From NCBI GenBank assembly GCA_043771985.1, contig JAYVGQ010000100.1:19700-83699 (forward strand): DNA of 64,000 nucleotides. The letters are read 5' to 3'. The translations under genes and the position numbers were made by a program. The DNA is from Sphingomonadales bacterium (GTDB lineage: Bacteria > Pseudomonadota > Alphaproteobacteria > Sphingomonadales > Sphingomonadaceae). Shown here one piece after another: positions 55,905-64,000 of this stretch (position 1 is its first letter; every line of letters begins with the position of its first letter). The notes under the pieces were generated by a model. The model was given only the letters and a program-made list of their open reading frames with translations. It did not search any database and was not told where the DNA came from.

Positions 55905-57137
55905 TTAATTCAGCTCAACACGGGTCACTTTGTACCCGGAACCTTTCAGATCGTCGATCAACCGTTGCAGCTGATCAGCATCGCGCGCCTCACACTCAAT
56001 GTCGGTAATCAGGCCCTTGGCAGGCAGCGTGGTAAAGATGCGCTGATGATAGATTTCGATGATGTTGACCTGATGATCGTTGAACAGCTTCATCACTTTG
56101 AACAGCGCGCCGGGGCGATCCTGTAAGGTAATCTGCAACCGCGCCAGACGGCCAGAGCGCGCCAGATCGCGTAGCAACACATTGGCGAGCAACCGCGTAT
56201 CGATGTTACCACCGCACAAGACGATCCCGATATTCTTTCCGCGAAACATGTCTGGGTTCGCCATCACAGCGGCAAGGCCAGCGGCTCCTGCGCCTTCGAC
56301 CACAGTCTTTTCAATCTGCAGCAACAGGCTGACGGCGGTTTCCAATTGCGGCTCGGATACCAAAACGATTTCGTCCACCAATCCGCGAATGACTTTTGAG
56401 GTAAATTCCCCCGGCACTTTAACTGCGATGCCCTCTGCCAGCGTGTCCCCTTCGCACGGCATTTGTTTGTTATTTAGCAAAGCATACATGCTGGGGTAGA
56501 GTTCGGCCTGCACGCCGACCAACCCGATATCGGGTTTCAACCCGCGCGCCGCAGTACCCATGCCCGATAGCAAACCGCCGCCGCCGATGGGGACGACCAG
56601 CATGTCAAGCTCTGGCACAGCCTCCAACATTTCCAGCGCAACCGTTCCCTGCCCGGCCGCAACATGTGGATCGTCAAACGGGTGAACAAATGTCAGCCCC
56701 AGTTCTTTTTCCAGTAGCCGCGCATGTTTATAGGCATCGTCAAACTTTTCGCCCTCCAACACCACTTTGCCGCCAACCGCTTCGGTCTGCATGACTTTGA
56801 TGGTTGGGGTCGTTCTAGGCATAACGATTGTGACCGGCGCGCCAAGGCGCGTGCCGTGATAGCTAAGCCCCTGCGCGTGGTTGCCCGCTGATGCGGCAAT
56901 AACACCGCGCTTCAAAACCTCTGGCGGCAATTGCAACAATGCGTTGAGCGCACCGCGTTCTTTATACGCCGCTGTAAATTGCAGATTTTCAAACTTCAGA
57001 TAGATGTTCGCGCCGGTCAATTGCGACAGAGTCTGGCTGTGCAGCGTGGGCGTGGCGACAATCGCGTCACGAATACGGTCGTGCGCGGCAAGGACATCGT
57101 TAAGGGTCAGGAGCTCGCTGGGGTTTTGATCGGACAT
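55905..57137 (-). CDS. ilvA: Threonine ammonia-lyase (PLP) with C-terminal ACT domain
   Basis: KFENLQFTAAYKERGA, ASAGNHAQG, PIGGGGL, CGGNID. Confidence 0.9.
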   Translation of the reverse strand: MSDQNPSELLTLNDVLAAHDRIRDAIVATPTLHSQTLSQLTGANIYLKFENLQFTAAYKERGALNALLQLPPEVLKRGVIAASAGNHAQGLSYHGTRLGAPVTIVMPRTTPTIKVMQTEAVGGKVVLEGEKFDDAYKHARLLEKELGLTFVHPFDDPHVAAGQGTVALEMLEAVPELDMLVVPIGGGGLLSGMGTAARGLKPDIGLVGVQAELYPSMYALLNNKQMPCEGDTLAEGIAVKVPGEFTSKVIRGLVDEIVLVSEPQLETAVSLLLQIEKTVVEGAGAAGLAAVMANPDMFRGKNIGIVLCGGNIDTRLLANVLLRDLARSGRLARLQITLQDRPGALFKVMKLFNDHQVNIIEIYHQRIFTTLPAKGLITDIECEARDADQLQRLIDDLKGSGYKVTRVELN

Positions 57138-57193
57138 GCGCATGGTCCCTAACGCATCTGGCGCTATCAGAAAACAAAGATTAAGGCAGAGCC

Positions 57194-58063
57194 ATGAGTA
57201 GGATAGCTTTTATCGGATTAGGGGTGATGGGCGGTCCGATTGCCCGTCATCTGGGTGCAGCCGGACATGATATGACGGTGTTCAACCGTTCGCGGCACAA
57301 GACAGAGGCATGGGTTGCTGCGCACGGCGGCACGCTGGCCACATCGCCAGCCGAGGCCGCCAAAGGTGCTGATGTTGTGGTCAGCTGCGTTGGCACCGAT
57401 GATGATTTGGCCAGCGTGACATTGGGCCGAGACGGCGCATTTGCTGCAATGACCAAAGGCGCTTTATTCATCGACCACACCACAGTCTCCGCCCGTATCG
57501 CGCGGCAATTGGGCGTTGAGGCGCGCGGACGCGGATTGTTATGCGTCGATGGGCCGATGACCGGCGGGCAAGCAGGCGCCGAAAACGGCACGCTGGCCAT
57601 CATGTGCGGCGGGACGGTGCATTCGGTCGAGGCAGCGCGGCCAATTATGGCAGCCTACACTAAACGCGTTGTTCATGTTGGCGGCCCCGGCGACGGGCAA
57701 ACTGCCAAAATGGCGAACCAGATTTGCATCGCCGGGGTTTTGCAAGGCCTGTCCGAGGCTATGCATTTTGCGCAATGCGCCGAGCTTGATCTTGATAAAG
57801 TGTTTGATTCGATATCGGGCGGCGCCGCGCAAAGTTGGCAGATGGATAATCGCTGGGCAACAATGGCCAAGAACGAGTTCGATTTCGGCTTTGCCGTCGA
57901 TTGGATGCGCAAAGACCTTGGCCTTGCCGTCGATGAAGCGCGGGCCAACGGCGCAAGCATTCCGCTTGCCGCGATGGTTGACCAGTTTTTCTCCGACGTT
58001 CAGCATATGGGCGGGGGTCGGCAAGACACGAGTGCACTGGTGCGGAGGTTGCCAAAGAGATGA
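57194..58063 (+). CDS. NAD(P)-dependent oxidoreductase, 3-hydroxyisobutyrate dehydrogenase family
   Basis: FIGLGVMGGPIA, DGPMTGG, AKMANQ, MRKDL. Confidence 0.9.
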   Translation: MSRIAFIGLGVMGGPIARHLGAAGHDMTVFNRSRHKTEAWVAAHGGTLATSPAEAAKGADVVVSCVGTDDDLASVTLGRDGAFAAMTKGALFIDHTTVSARIARQLGVEARGRGLLCVDGPMTGGQAGAENGTLAIMCGGTVHSVEAARPIMAAYTKRVVHVGGPGDGQTAKMANQICIAGVLQGLSEAMHFAQCAELDLDKVFDSISGGAAQSWQMDNRWATMAKNEFDFGFAVDWMRKDLGLAVDEARANGASIPLAAMVDQFFSDVQHMGGGRQDTSALVRRLPKR

Positions 58064-59838
58064 AAATGCTATCATTCCCAAACCCGTTTGCCTCGAGCGA
58101 AGTCGAGAGGCCGCGAGGCATAGCGCAACCGATGGGTGTCTCGACTTCGCTCGACACGAACGGAAAATTGTTGATGGGTTTTGCTGCTGCACTCCTTTTA
58201 GCCACCCCTGCTTTGGCCGATGGCCTGATCGAAAACGTCAATGGCATCACGCTGGATAAAGACGGCGAAGTCGTCCGCTTTACCGGCCTATTGATCGACA
58301 GACAGGGCAAAGTCGCACGGACAGTGGCGCGCGGTGACAAGCTGCCAAAGGAATTAGATTACCGCATAGACGGGCGCGGCAAGACAATGTTGCCGGGACT
58401 GATCGATGCGCATGGCCATGTCATGGGGCTGGGGTTTCAGGCGCTGACGCTTGACCTTTCGGCGACCAATTCGCTGACCGAAGCGCAGGCGGCGCTGAAA
58501 GCCTATGCTGACAAACATCCTGACCGCCGCTGGATTATCGGACGCGGATGGAATCAAGAGAAATGGGGCTTGGGCCGTTTTCCAACCGCCGCTGATCTTG
58601 ACTCTATTATCGGCGACCGCCCGGTCTGGCTGGAGCGCGTCGATGGCCATGCCGGTTGGGCAAACAGCCGTGCGATGGAAATTGCGGGCGTCACTGCTGC
58701 CAGCAAAGCGCCTACCGGTGGCCGCATCGAAATGGCGGGTGGCAAGCCCAGCGGCATTTTCGTTGATGCTGCGTCGGAACTGGTTGGCGAACACGTGCCG
58801 ATACCCACTCCGCGCGACCGCGACGCAGCGCTTGCTGAGGCGCAAGCGGCGTTGTTGAAAGTGGGCGTGACCGCAATTGCCGACATGGGCAGCACGATGG
58901 ACGATTGGCAAACCTATCGCCGCGCAGGGGACGAAGGCTGGTTGTCGGTTCGCATTTTTGGTTATGCCAGCGGCGTTGAAAATATGACAGCAATTGCCGG
59001 GTCAAAGCCAACGCCGTGGTTGTATGACGACAAGCTCCGGCTCGGCGGCGTTAAGCTATACCTTGACGGCGCGTTGGGCAGCCGCGGGGCTTGGCTGAAG
59101 AAATCCTATGCTGACGCCCCCGGACAGACGGGTTTGCAATTCCATCCAAGCGCCGAGGTCCGCAACATGATGGTTCGCGCGTCGATGGACGGGTTCCAGA
59201 CCGCAGTGCACGCGATTGGCGATGCGGCCAACGACGATGCCATTGGTGCGGTTGAGGATTTGGCCGAAACCTATCCCGATGATCGCCGCTGGCGTATTGA
59301 ACATGTCCAAATCGTTGATCCTGCGGACCTGCCGCGCCTTGCAAAGAACGGGATTATATCCTCGATGCAGCCGGTGCACCAGACGTCGGACCGGCTGATG
59401 GCTGAAGTTCGTTTGGGGCCAGAGAGACTAAAAGGCGCGTATGCGTGGCAGTCGATCTTGAAGGCTGGAGGCAAACTTGCCTTTGGTTCCGATACGCCAG
59501 TTGAGGCACCCAACCCGTTCCACGGCATAGCCGCCGCGATCAGCCGTGAGGATGAAAACGGACAACCCTTTGGCGGTTGGATTCCATCAGAGCGCGTAAC
59601 CCGCGAACAGGCATTGGCGGGCTTTACCACCGGCGCTGCCTTTGCATCCTTTGCCGAGGACAAAATCGGGGCATTATTGCCTGGCTATCGCGCGGATTTT
59701 GTCTTGGTTGATACCGATCCATTGCTCGCTTCACCCAGCCAAATACGCCTAACCACTGTCCACGAAACATGGGTCGGCGGCTTTGCGGTTTATCAACGCG
59801 GAAAGCGTTCTGACGAAATTATCATGCCAGGAGAATAG
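58060..59838 (+). CDS. Exported amidohydrolase (YtcJ-like, amidohydrolase 3)
   Basis: PGLIDAHGH, RVDGHAGWANS, KLYLDGALGSRGA, HAIGD, RIEHVQ, FGSDTP. Confidence 0.9.
   Translation: MKMLSFPNPFASSEVERPRGIAQPMGVSTSLDTNGKLLMGFAAALLLATPALADGLIENVNGITLDKDGEVVRFTGLLIDRQGKVARTVARGDKLPKELDYRIDGRGKTMLPGLIDAHGHVMGLGFQALTLDLSATNSLTEAQAALKAYADKHPDRRWIIGRGWNQEKWGLGRFPTAADLDSIIGDRPVWLERVDGHAGWANSRAMEIAGVTAASKAPTGGRIEMAGGKPSGIFVDAASELVGEHVPIPTPRDRDAALAEAQAALLKVGVTAIADMGSTMDDWQTYRRAGDEGWLSVRIFGYASGVENMTAIAGSKPTPWLYDDKLRLGGVKLYLDGALGSRGAWLKKSYADAPGQTGLQFHPSAEVRNMMVRASMDGFQTAVHAIGDAANDDAIGAVEDLAETYPDDRRWRIEHVQIVDPADLPRLAKNGIISSMQPVHQTSDRLMAEVRLGPERLKGAYAWQSILKAGGKLAFGSDTPVEAPNPFHGIAAAISREDENGQPFGGWIPSERVTREQALAGFTTGAAFASFAEDKIGALLPGYRADFVLVDTDPLLASPSQIRLTTVHETWVGGFAVYQRGKRSDEIIMPGE
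58084..58163. repeat. REP-like element within the 5' coding region of the amidohydrolase
   Basis: Arms CCGTTTGCCTCGAGCGAAGTCGAGA / TCTCGACTTCGCTCGACACGAACGG (22/25). Confidence 0.85.
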
Positions 59839-59971
59839 GGGCAGCCTGCGACATTGTTGCAAAATTGCCGCATTATTTGAAATTCTACCCAGGTGTAAGT
59901 TTCACTATCGTGGCCTATCCCAACACATGGCATAGCTATGCATTACAAAAATAAGACTCTAACGGGAGAAT

Positions 59972-62782
59972 ATGATGTCTGAATTGCTTTTGCTCCGTAA
60001 AGCAGTGCTTGCACTGTCCACTGCAACGCTCGCACTTGCTGCACCGAACATGGCCTTTGCGCAGGATGAAGCGCAAGCCGATGAGACCGGTGATGAAGGC
60101 ATCCTCGTTATTGCACAGGGTCGCGAACAGTCGCTTTCCGACGTTCCTTTGGCGATTTCTGCCGTAACTGCGGAAACATTGCAAAACAGCGGCGCGAACG
60201 ACATTCGTCAGCTGAACCAGGTTGCACCATCGTTGTTGGTGTCGTCCACCGGATCAGAGGCAAACGGTTCAGCGCGTATTCGCGGCATCGGCACGGTCGG
60301 TGATAACCCCGGTCTTGAAAGCTCGGTCGCTGTGTTCATCGACGGCGTATACCGTTCGCGTTCGGGCATTGGCCTGAATGAACTCGGCGAAATCGAACGC
60401 GTCGAAGTGTTGCGCGGTCCGCAAGGCACGCTCGGCGGACGCAACGCCTCTGCCGGCATGATCAGCATTATTTCCAAAAAGCCTGAGTTTGATTTCGGCG
60501 TCAAAGCCGAGGCAACATACGGCAATTTCAACTTCATGCGTTTTTCGGGCAGCGTCACTGGCCCGATTTCGGAAACACTCGCTGCGCGCCTTGATGGCGT
60601 ATATGTAAAGCGTGATGGTTTCTATCAGGACACGACGAACAACACCGATGTTAATGATCGCAATCGTTATTTCTTGCGCGGCCAATTGCTGTGGGAACCA
60701 TCAGATGCTGTCAGCGTTCGTCTGATTGCCGATTACACAAGCCGCAAAGAAAAATGCTGCGCGGCAACGTATGTCGACCAGACGGTCAATCCGTACATCG
60801 GCAATTTGAACAACCCTTCAACGCCGCTGGCGCCGCTTAACACTGCTGGTAACAACATCATCAACGTGTTGCGCGATTTGGGTCAGTCTTTGACATCGTT
60901 CAACCAGGGCTATGCGCGTGACATTTCGGTCAGCGCAGGTCGCAGTTTTGCCGGCGAAACCACCGATGGTGGTTTGTCAGCAGAGATCAAATGGGATCTT
61001 GGTGCAGCCAATCTCACATCAATCACCGGCTATCGCGATTATAAGAGCGGTCAGGGTTCGGACACCGATTACGGCACGGTCGACATTCTTTATCGTACAC
61101 CCAGCGATGACGCGTTCCGTCAGTTCAAAACCTTTACACAAGAACTGCGTTTGCAGGGTGAAGCCTTTGGCGGCGCGCTCGATTGGCTGGTCGGCGGTTT
61201 CTACGCCAATGAAAAACTGCGGGTGCAAGATAACCTGCGCTTTGGCGGCCAATATGGGCGTTTTGCAACATGCCGGATTATTTCGGGCGGCGGGCTGGCC
61301 GGTCTTTATTCACCAACCAACCCCGGCTGCGTTGTTCCGGTCGTCGGTCCAGCAACGCTGTCAGGTGCAAGCGGTGGCGGTGCCACCGGCGCAGCGGTCG
61401 CGGCGGGCTTTGTTGCGCTTGACGGTTTGAACAATTTGGGATCGACAACTGATCGTTACAACCAAACCAGCAAGAACTGGGCTTTGTTTACTCACAATAT
61501 CATCAATATCACCGAGGGTCTCGATCTGACCTTGGGCCTGCGCTACACGAATGAGCGTAAGAATTTCAGCGCCACATTTGGCAACAACAACACTGTCTGT
61601 ACCGCCCAGCAAGCGGCGCTTACCAGCGCGCTTACCAGCACCAACGCAACGGCGCGGGCATTGGCCGGGGCTTTGATCGGGCTTAGCTGCCAAGGTAACT
61701 CGACAGCAGAGCTGAACGGCGTCAGCATCAACGACAAACGTAGCGAAAGCGAGTTTTCTGGAACCAGTATCTTGTCGTACAAGATCAATCCGGATCTGTT
61801 AGTCTACGCAAGCTATTCGCGTGGATATAAAGCCGGGGGCTTCAACCTTGATCGCTCGGCTTTGAAGGCACCGATCGAAGTTGTTGCTGGCGTACCAACC
61901 ACAACGTTTGCGGCAGTAGGCGGCGCACAAGCACTGGTCAGTCGTTTGCAGTTCGATCCTGAAATCGTCGATGCGTATGAAATTGGTGCGAAATATGCGA
62001 CCGGGCCACTTAGCGTCAGCGTTGCGGCCTTCCGTCAGGATTTCCAAAACTTCCAGCTGAATACGTTCAACGGAACGGTCTTTTTGGTGCAAACACTGAA
62101 TGGCTGCGGCACCAGCCTTGGTGGCGCCGATCGTGACCAAGCAGCATCGGCAGCGGGGGCAAACTTTAACGCCGCGGCAGCAACAACCGGCGCATGTGCG
62201 GCAAAGGATGTGACCTACGGCGTTCGTTCAGAAGGTGTCGAAGTTGAAGCTTCGCTTAATCCTGCAAAGAACTTCCGCGTTGCAGCCGGTATCACTTACT
62301 CCAATGCCAGCTATAACAACAATCTGGTTGGCAGCAGCAGCGGTGCACCGCTTGATCCTGCATTGCGCAAGCTGCCCGGCGACAATTTGTCGAACGCACC
62401 CGAAATCGTCACGACTGCATCGATTACCTGGACACCTGATATCGGTTCCAGCGGAATGTCCGGCCTTGTGTATATCGACAGCCGTATGACGGCCGATTAC
62501 AATACTGGTTCTGATCTGTTCCCGCAAAAGGAACAGGATGGGTTTGCATTGTTCAACGCCCGTGTCGGTATCCGCGGTGCTGATGAAAAATGGGCGCTGG
62601 AATTCTGGGGCCAGAACATCTTCAATCAGGATTACGCACAGGTCGCGTTCAACACGCCGTTCCAAGCGGGCACGACCTCGGCACCGTTTGTCGATGCGCA
62701 ATATCCAGGTGGACGCCAGATCTTTTCGCAGTTCCTGGCTGAGCCCCGCACATTCGGCGTGACGCTTCGCGGCAGCTTTTAA
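59972..62782 (+). CDS. TonB-dependent receptor
   Basis: Signal peptide, TonB-box-like ILVIAQGREQ, plug IRGIG...VFIDGVY, RVEVLRGPQGTLGG, C-terminal PRTFGVTLRGSF. Confidence 0.95.
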   Translation: MMSELLLLRKAVLALSTATLALAAPNMAFAQDEAQADETGDEGILVIAQGREQSLSDVPLAISAVTAETLQNSGANDIRQLNQVAPSLLVSSTGSEANGSARIRGIGTVGDNPGLESSVAVFIDGVYRSRSGIGLNELGEIERVEVLRGPQGTLGGRNASAGMISIISKKPEFDFGVKAEATYGNFNFMRFSGSVTGPISETLAARLDGVYVKRDGFYQDTTNNTDVNDRNRYFLRGQLLWEPSDAVSVRLIADYTSRKEKCCAATYVDQTVNPYIGNLNNPSTPLAPLNTAGNNIINVLRDLGQSLTSFNQGYARDISVSAGRSFAGETTDGGLSAEIKWDLGAANLTSITGYRDYKSGQGSDTDYGTVDILYRTPSDDAFRQFKTFTQELRLQGEAFGGALDWLVGGFYANEKLRVQDNLRFGGQYGRFATCRIISGGGLAGLYSPTNPGCVVPVVGPATLSGASGGGATGAAVAAGFVALDGLNNLGSTTDRYNQTSKNWALFTHNIINITEGLDLTLGLRYTNERKNFSATFGNNNTVCTAQQAALTSALTSTNATARALAGALIGLSCQGNSTAELNGVSINDKRSESEFSGTSILSYKINPDLLVYASYSRGYKAGGFNLDRSALKAPIEVVAGVPTTTFAAVGGAQALVSRLQFDPEIVDAYEIGAKYATGPLSVSVAAFRQDFQNFQLNTFNGTVFLVQTLNGCGTSLGGADRDQAASAAGANFNAAAATTGACAAKDVTYGVRSEGVEVEASLNPAKNFRVAAGITYSNASYNNNLVGSSSGAPLDPALRKLPGDNLSNAPEIVTTASITWTPDIGSSGMSGLVYIDSRMTADYNTGSDLFPQKEQDGFALFNARVGIRGADEKWALEFWGQNIFNQDYAQVAFNTPFQAGTTSAPFVDAQYPGGRQIFSQFLAEPRTFGVTLRGSF

Positions 62783-62801
62783 GCTCCCACGACCCAGACA
62801 C

Positions 62802-62831
62802 AAAAAAGGCCCGCTTCGGCGGGCCTTTTTT
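62802..62831. terminator. Bidirectional intrinsic terminator
   Basis: AAAAAAGGCCCGC-TTCG-GCGGGCCTTTTTT. Confidence 0.9.
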
Positions 62832-62883
62832 ATATGTGATTGGCGTTTAGTCCTAGCGTCCAAGCGACGCCAGTTTTTGCAGC

Positions 62884-64000
62884 CTATTCAGCGATGGTGA
62901 AATTCAAAAAGCCGGGCATTGGACCATTCCAGCCGTCATCCGGACCGTCGGACTTAGCAGCGGCCGTTTTAGCAGCGGCTGCCTTGACGGGAGGGGCCTT
63001 AGCCGGAATCGCTTTGGTCTTTTCTGCCACCGGCCCACTTTTCGGCGCACGTTCGGTTGACGAGCGCTCAGGCTTTGCCGCACGTTCGCGTCGTGGTGCA
63101 CGTTCAGGCTTAGCTTCCGCCTCGGGGTTAACCGGAGCTTCAGGAGTTGCACCTTTACCCAACCGCTCAATCTTACCACCGATCAGCTTCTCGATATTAT
63201 CAATCGCTTCCTCGTCAGCTTTGGTCACAAAGGTAAAGGCTTTGCCCTTTGCCCCTGCACGTCCGGTACGGCCAATGCGGTGGACATAATCATCGGGATG
63301 CCACGGTGCGTCGAAATTGAACACATGACTAACGCCTTTAATGTCCAATCCGCGGGCGGCAACATCCGACGCGACCAACAGGTTGATCGTCCCTGCCTTA
63401 AACGCTTCCAGCATTTTCTGGCGCGTGGACTGGTCAATGTCACCGTGGATTTCGCCAGAGCGGAAACCGCTTTGTTGCAAGCTTTTGTTCAACTCGCGCA
63501 CAGTCGTTTTGCGGTTACAAAATATGATCGCGGTGTGAACATCTTCGCTGCGGATTAAGTCGCGCAACACGTCTTTCTTTTTCGCCGGTACAACATTGAC
63601 CAGCTTTGCCTCGATATTCAGGTTCGACGATGCAGGCCGCGCCACTTCGATATATTTGGGGTTCGACAAAAACCGGTCCGCCAGCTTTTTTATCGGCGGG
63701 GGCATAGTTGCAGAAAACAACAATGTCTGACGGCTGGTCGGCAATTTAGTGCAGATATGTTCAATGTCGGGGATGAAGCCCATGTCGAGCATACGGTCAG
63801 CTTCGTCGATCACGAGCAATTCGCAACCATTAAGCAAGATTTTGCCGCGTTCGAACAAATCCATCAATCGGCCTGGCGTTGCGATCAGAACGTCAACGCC
63901 CTTTTCCAGCGCCTTGACCTGATCGCCCATTTGCACGCCGCCAATCAACAACGCCATCGAAAGCTTATGATTCACACCGTATTTTACGAAATTCTCGGCA
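62884..64000 (-). CDS. DEAD-box RNA helicase (RhlE-like), 5' end outside window
   Basis: ATPGRL, DEADRMLDMGF, SAT, HGDIDQ, VAARGLD, HRIGRTGRAG; disordered C-terminal tail. Confidence 0.93.
   Translation of the reverse strand, partial: AENFVKYGVNHKLSMALLIGGVQMGDQVKALEKGVDVLIATPGRLMDLFERGKILLNGCELLVIDEADRMLDMGFIPDIEHICTKLPTSRQTLLFSATMPPPIKKLADRFLSNPKYIEVARPASSNLNIEAKLVNVVPAKKKDVLRDLIRSEDVHTAIIFCNRKTTVRELNKSLQQSGFRSGEIHGDIDQSTRQKMLEAFKAGTINLLVASDVAARGLDIKGVSHVFNFDAPWHPDDYVHRIGRTGRAGAKGKAFTFVTKADEEAIDNIEKLIGGKIERLGKGATPEAPVNPEAEAKPERAPRRERAAKPERSSTERAPKSGPVAEKTKAIPAKAPPVKAAAAKTAAAKSDGPDDGWNGPMPGFLNFTIAE

Overview
This is a chromosomal window from an alphaproteobacterium of the Sphingomonadales. 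The order follows from the ctrA gene, alpha-type LexA and CtrA boxes and sphingomonad-type gene families; the genus is not determined. Most of it is housekeeping: nhaA, etfBA, sucC, rpmJ, gpmA, purEK, folA, ribF, glpK, the rnd-lptCAB-rpoN string, the SOS mutasome imuA-imuB-dnaE2, recJ, hom, glpX, ctrA, arfB, an arginyl/leucyl transferase, threonine dehydratase, a TonB-dependent receptor, a DEAD-box helicase, tRNA-Gly(GCC) and tRNA-Glu(TTC). Four things stand out. (1) At 0.5-1.9 kb there is an uncharacterised three-gene module: a membrane-anchored LuxR HTH protein, a 120-aa helical protein with a Cys-Pro tail, and a small polytopic membrane protein. An NfrB/NfrA-like glycan synthesis and export pair follows it. 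(2) A complete 2183-bp IS1595-family transporter IS (26-bp inverted repeats, perfect 8-bp target duplication) carries a HEPN-like (RNxxxH) cargo gene and overlapping small ORFs. (3) At least eight REP/RPE-like palindromic elements from several families are present, three of them apparently in frame inside proteins (two in ImuB, one in an amidohydrolase signal peptide). (4) There are regulatory oddities: a LexA-boxed promoter with no convincing gene, a Tat signal that needs a CTG or ATT start, and a probably catalytically dead GDPD next to glpK. No CRISPR array, prophage or rRNA was seen. Family assignments come from motif recognition only; no database searches were run.
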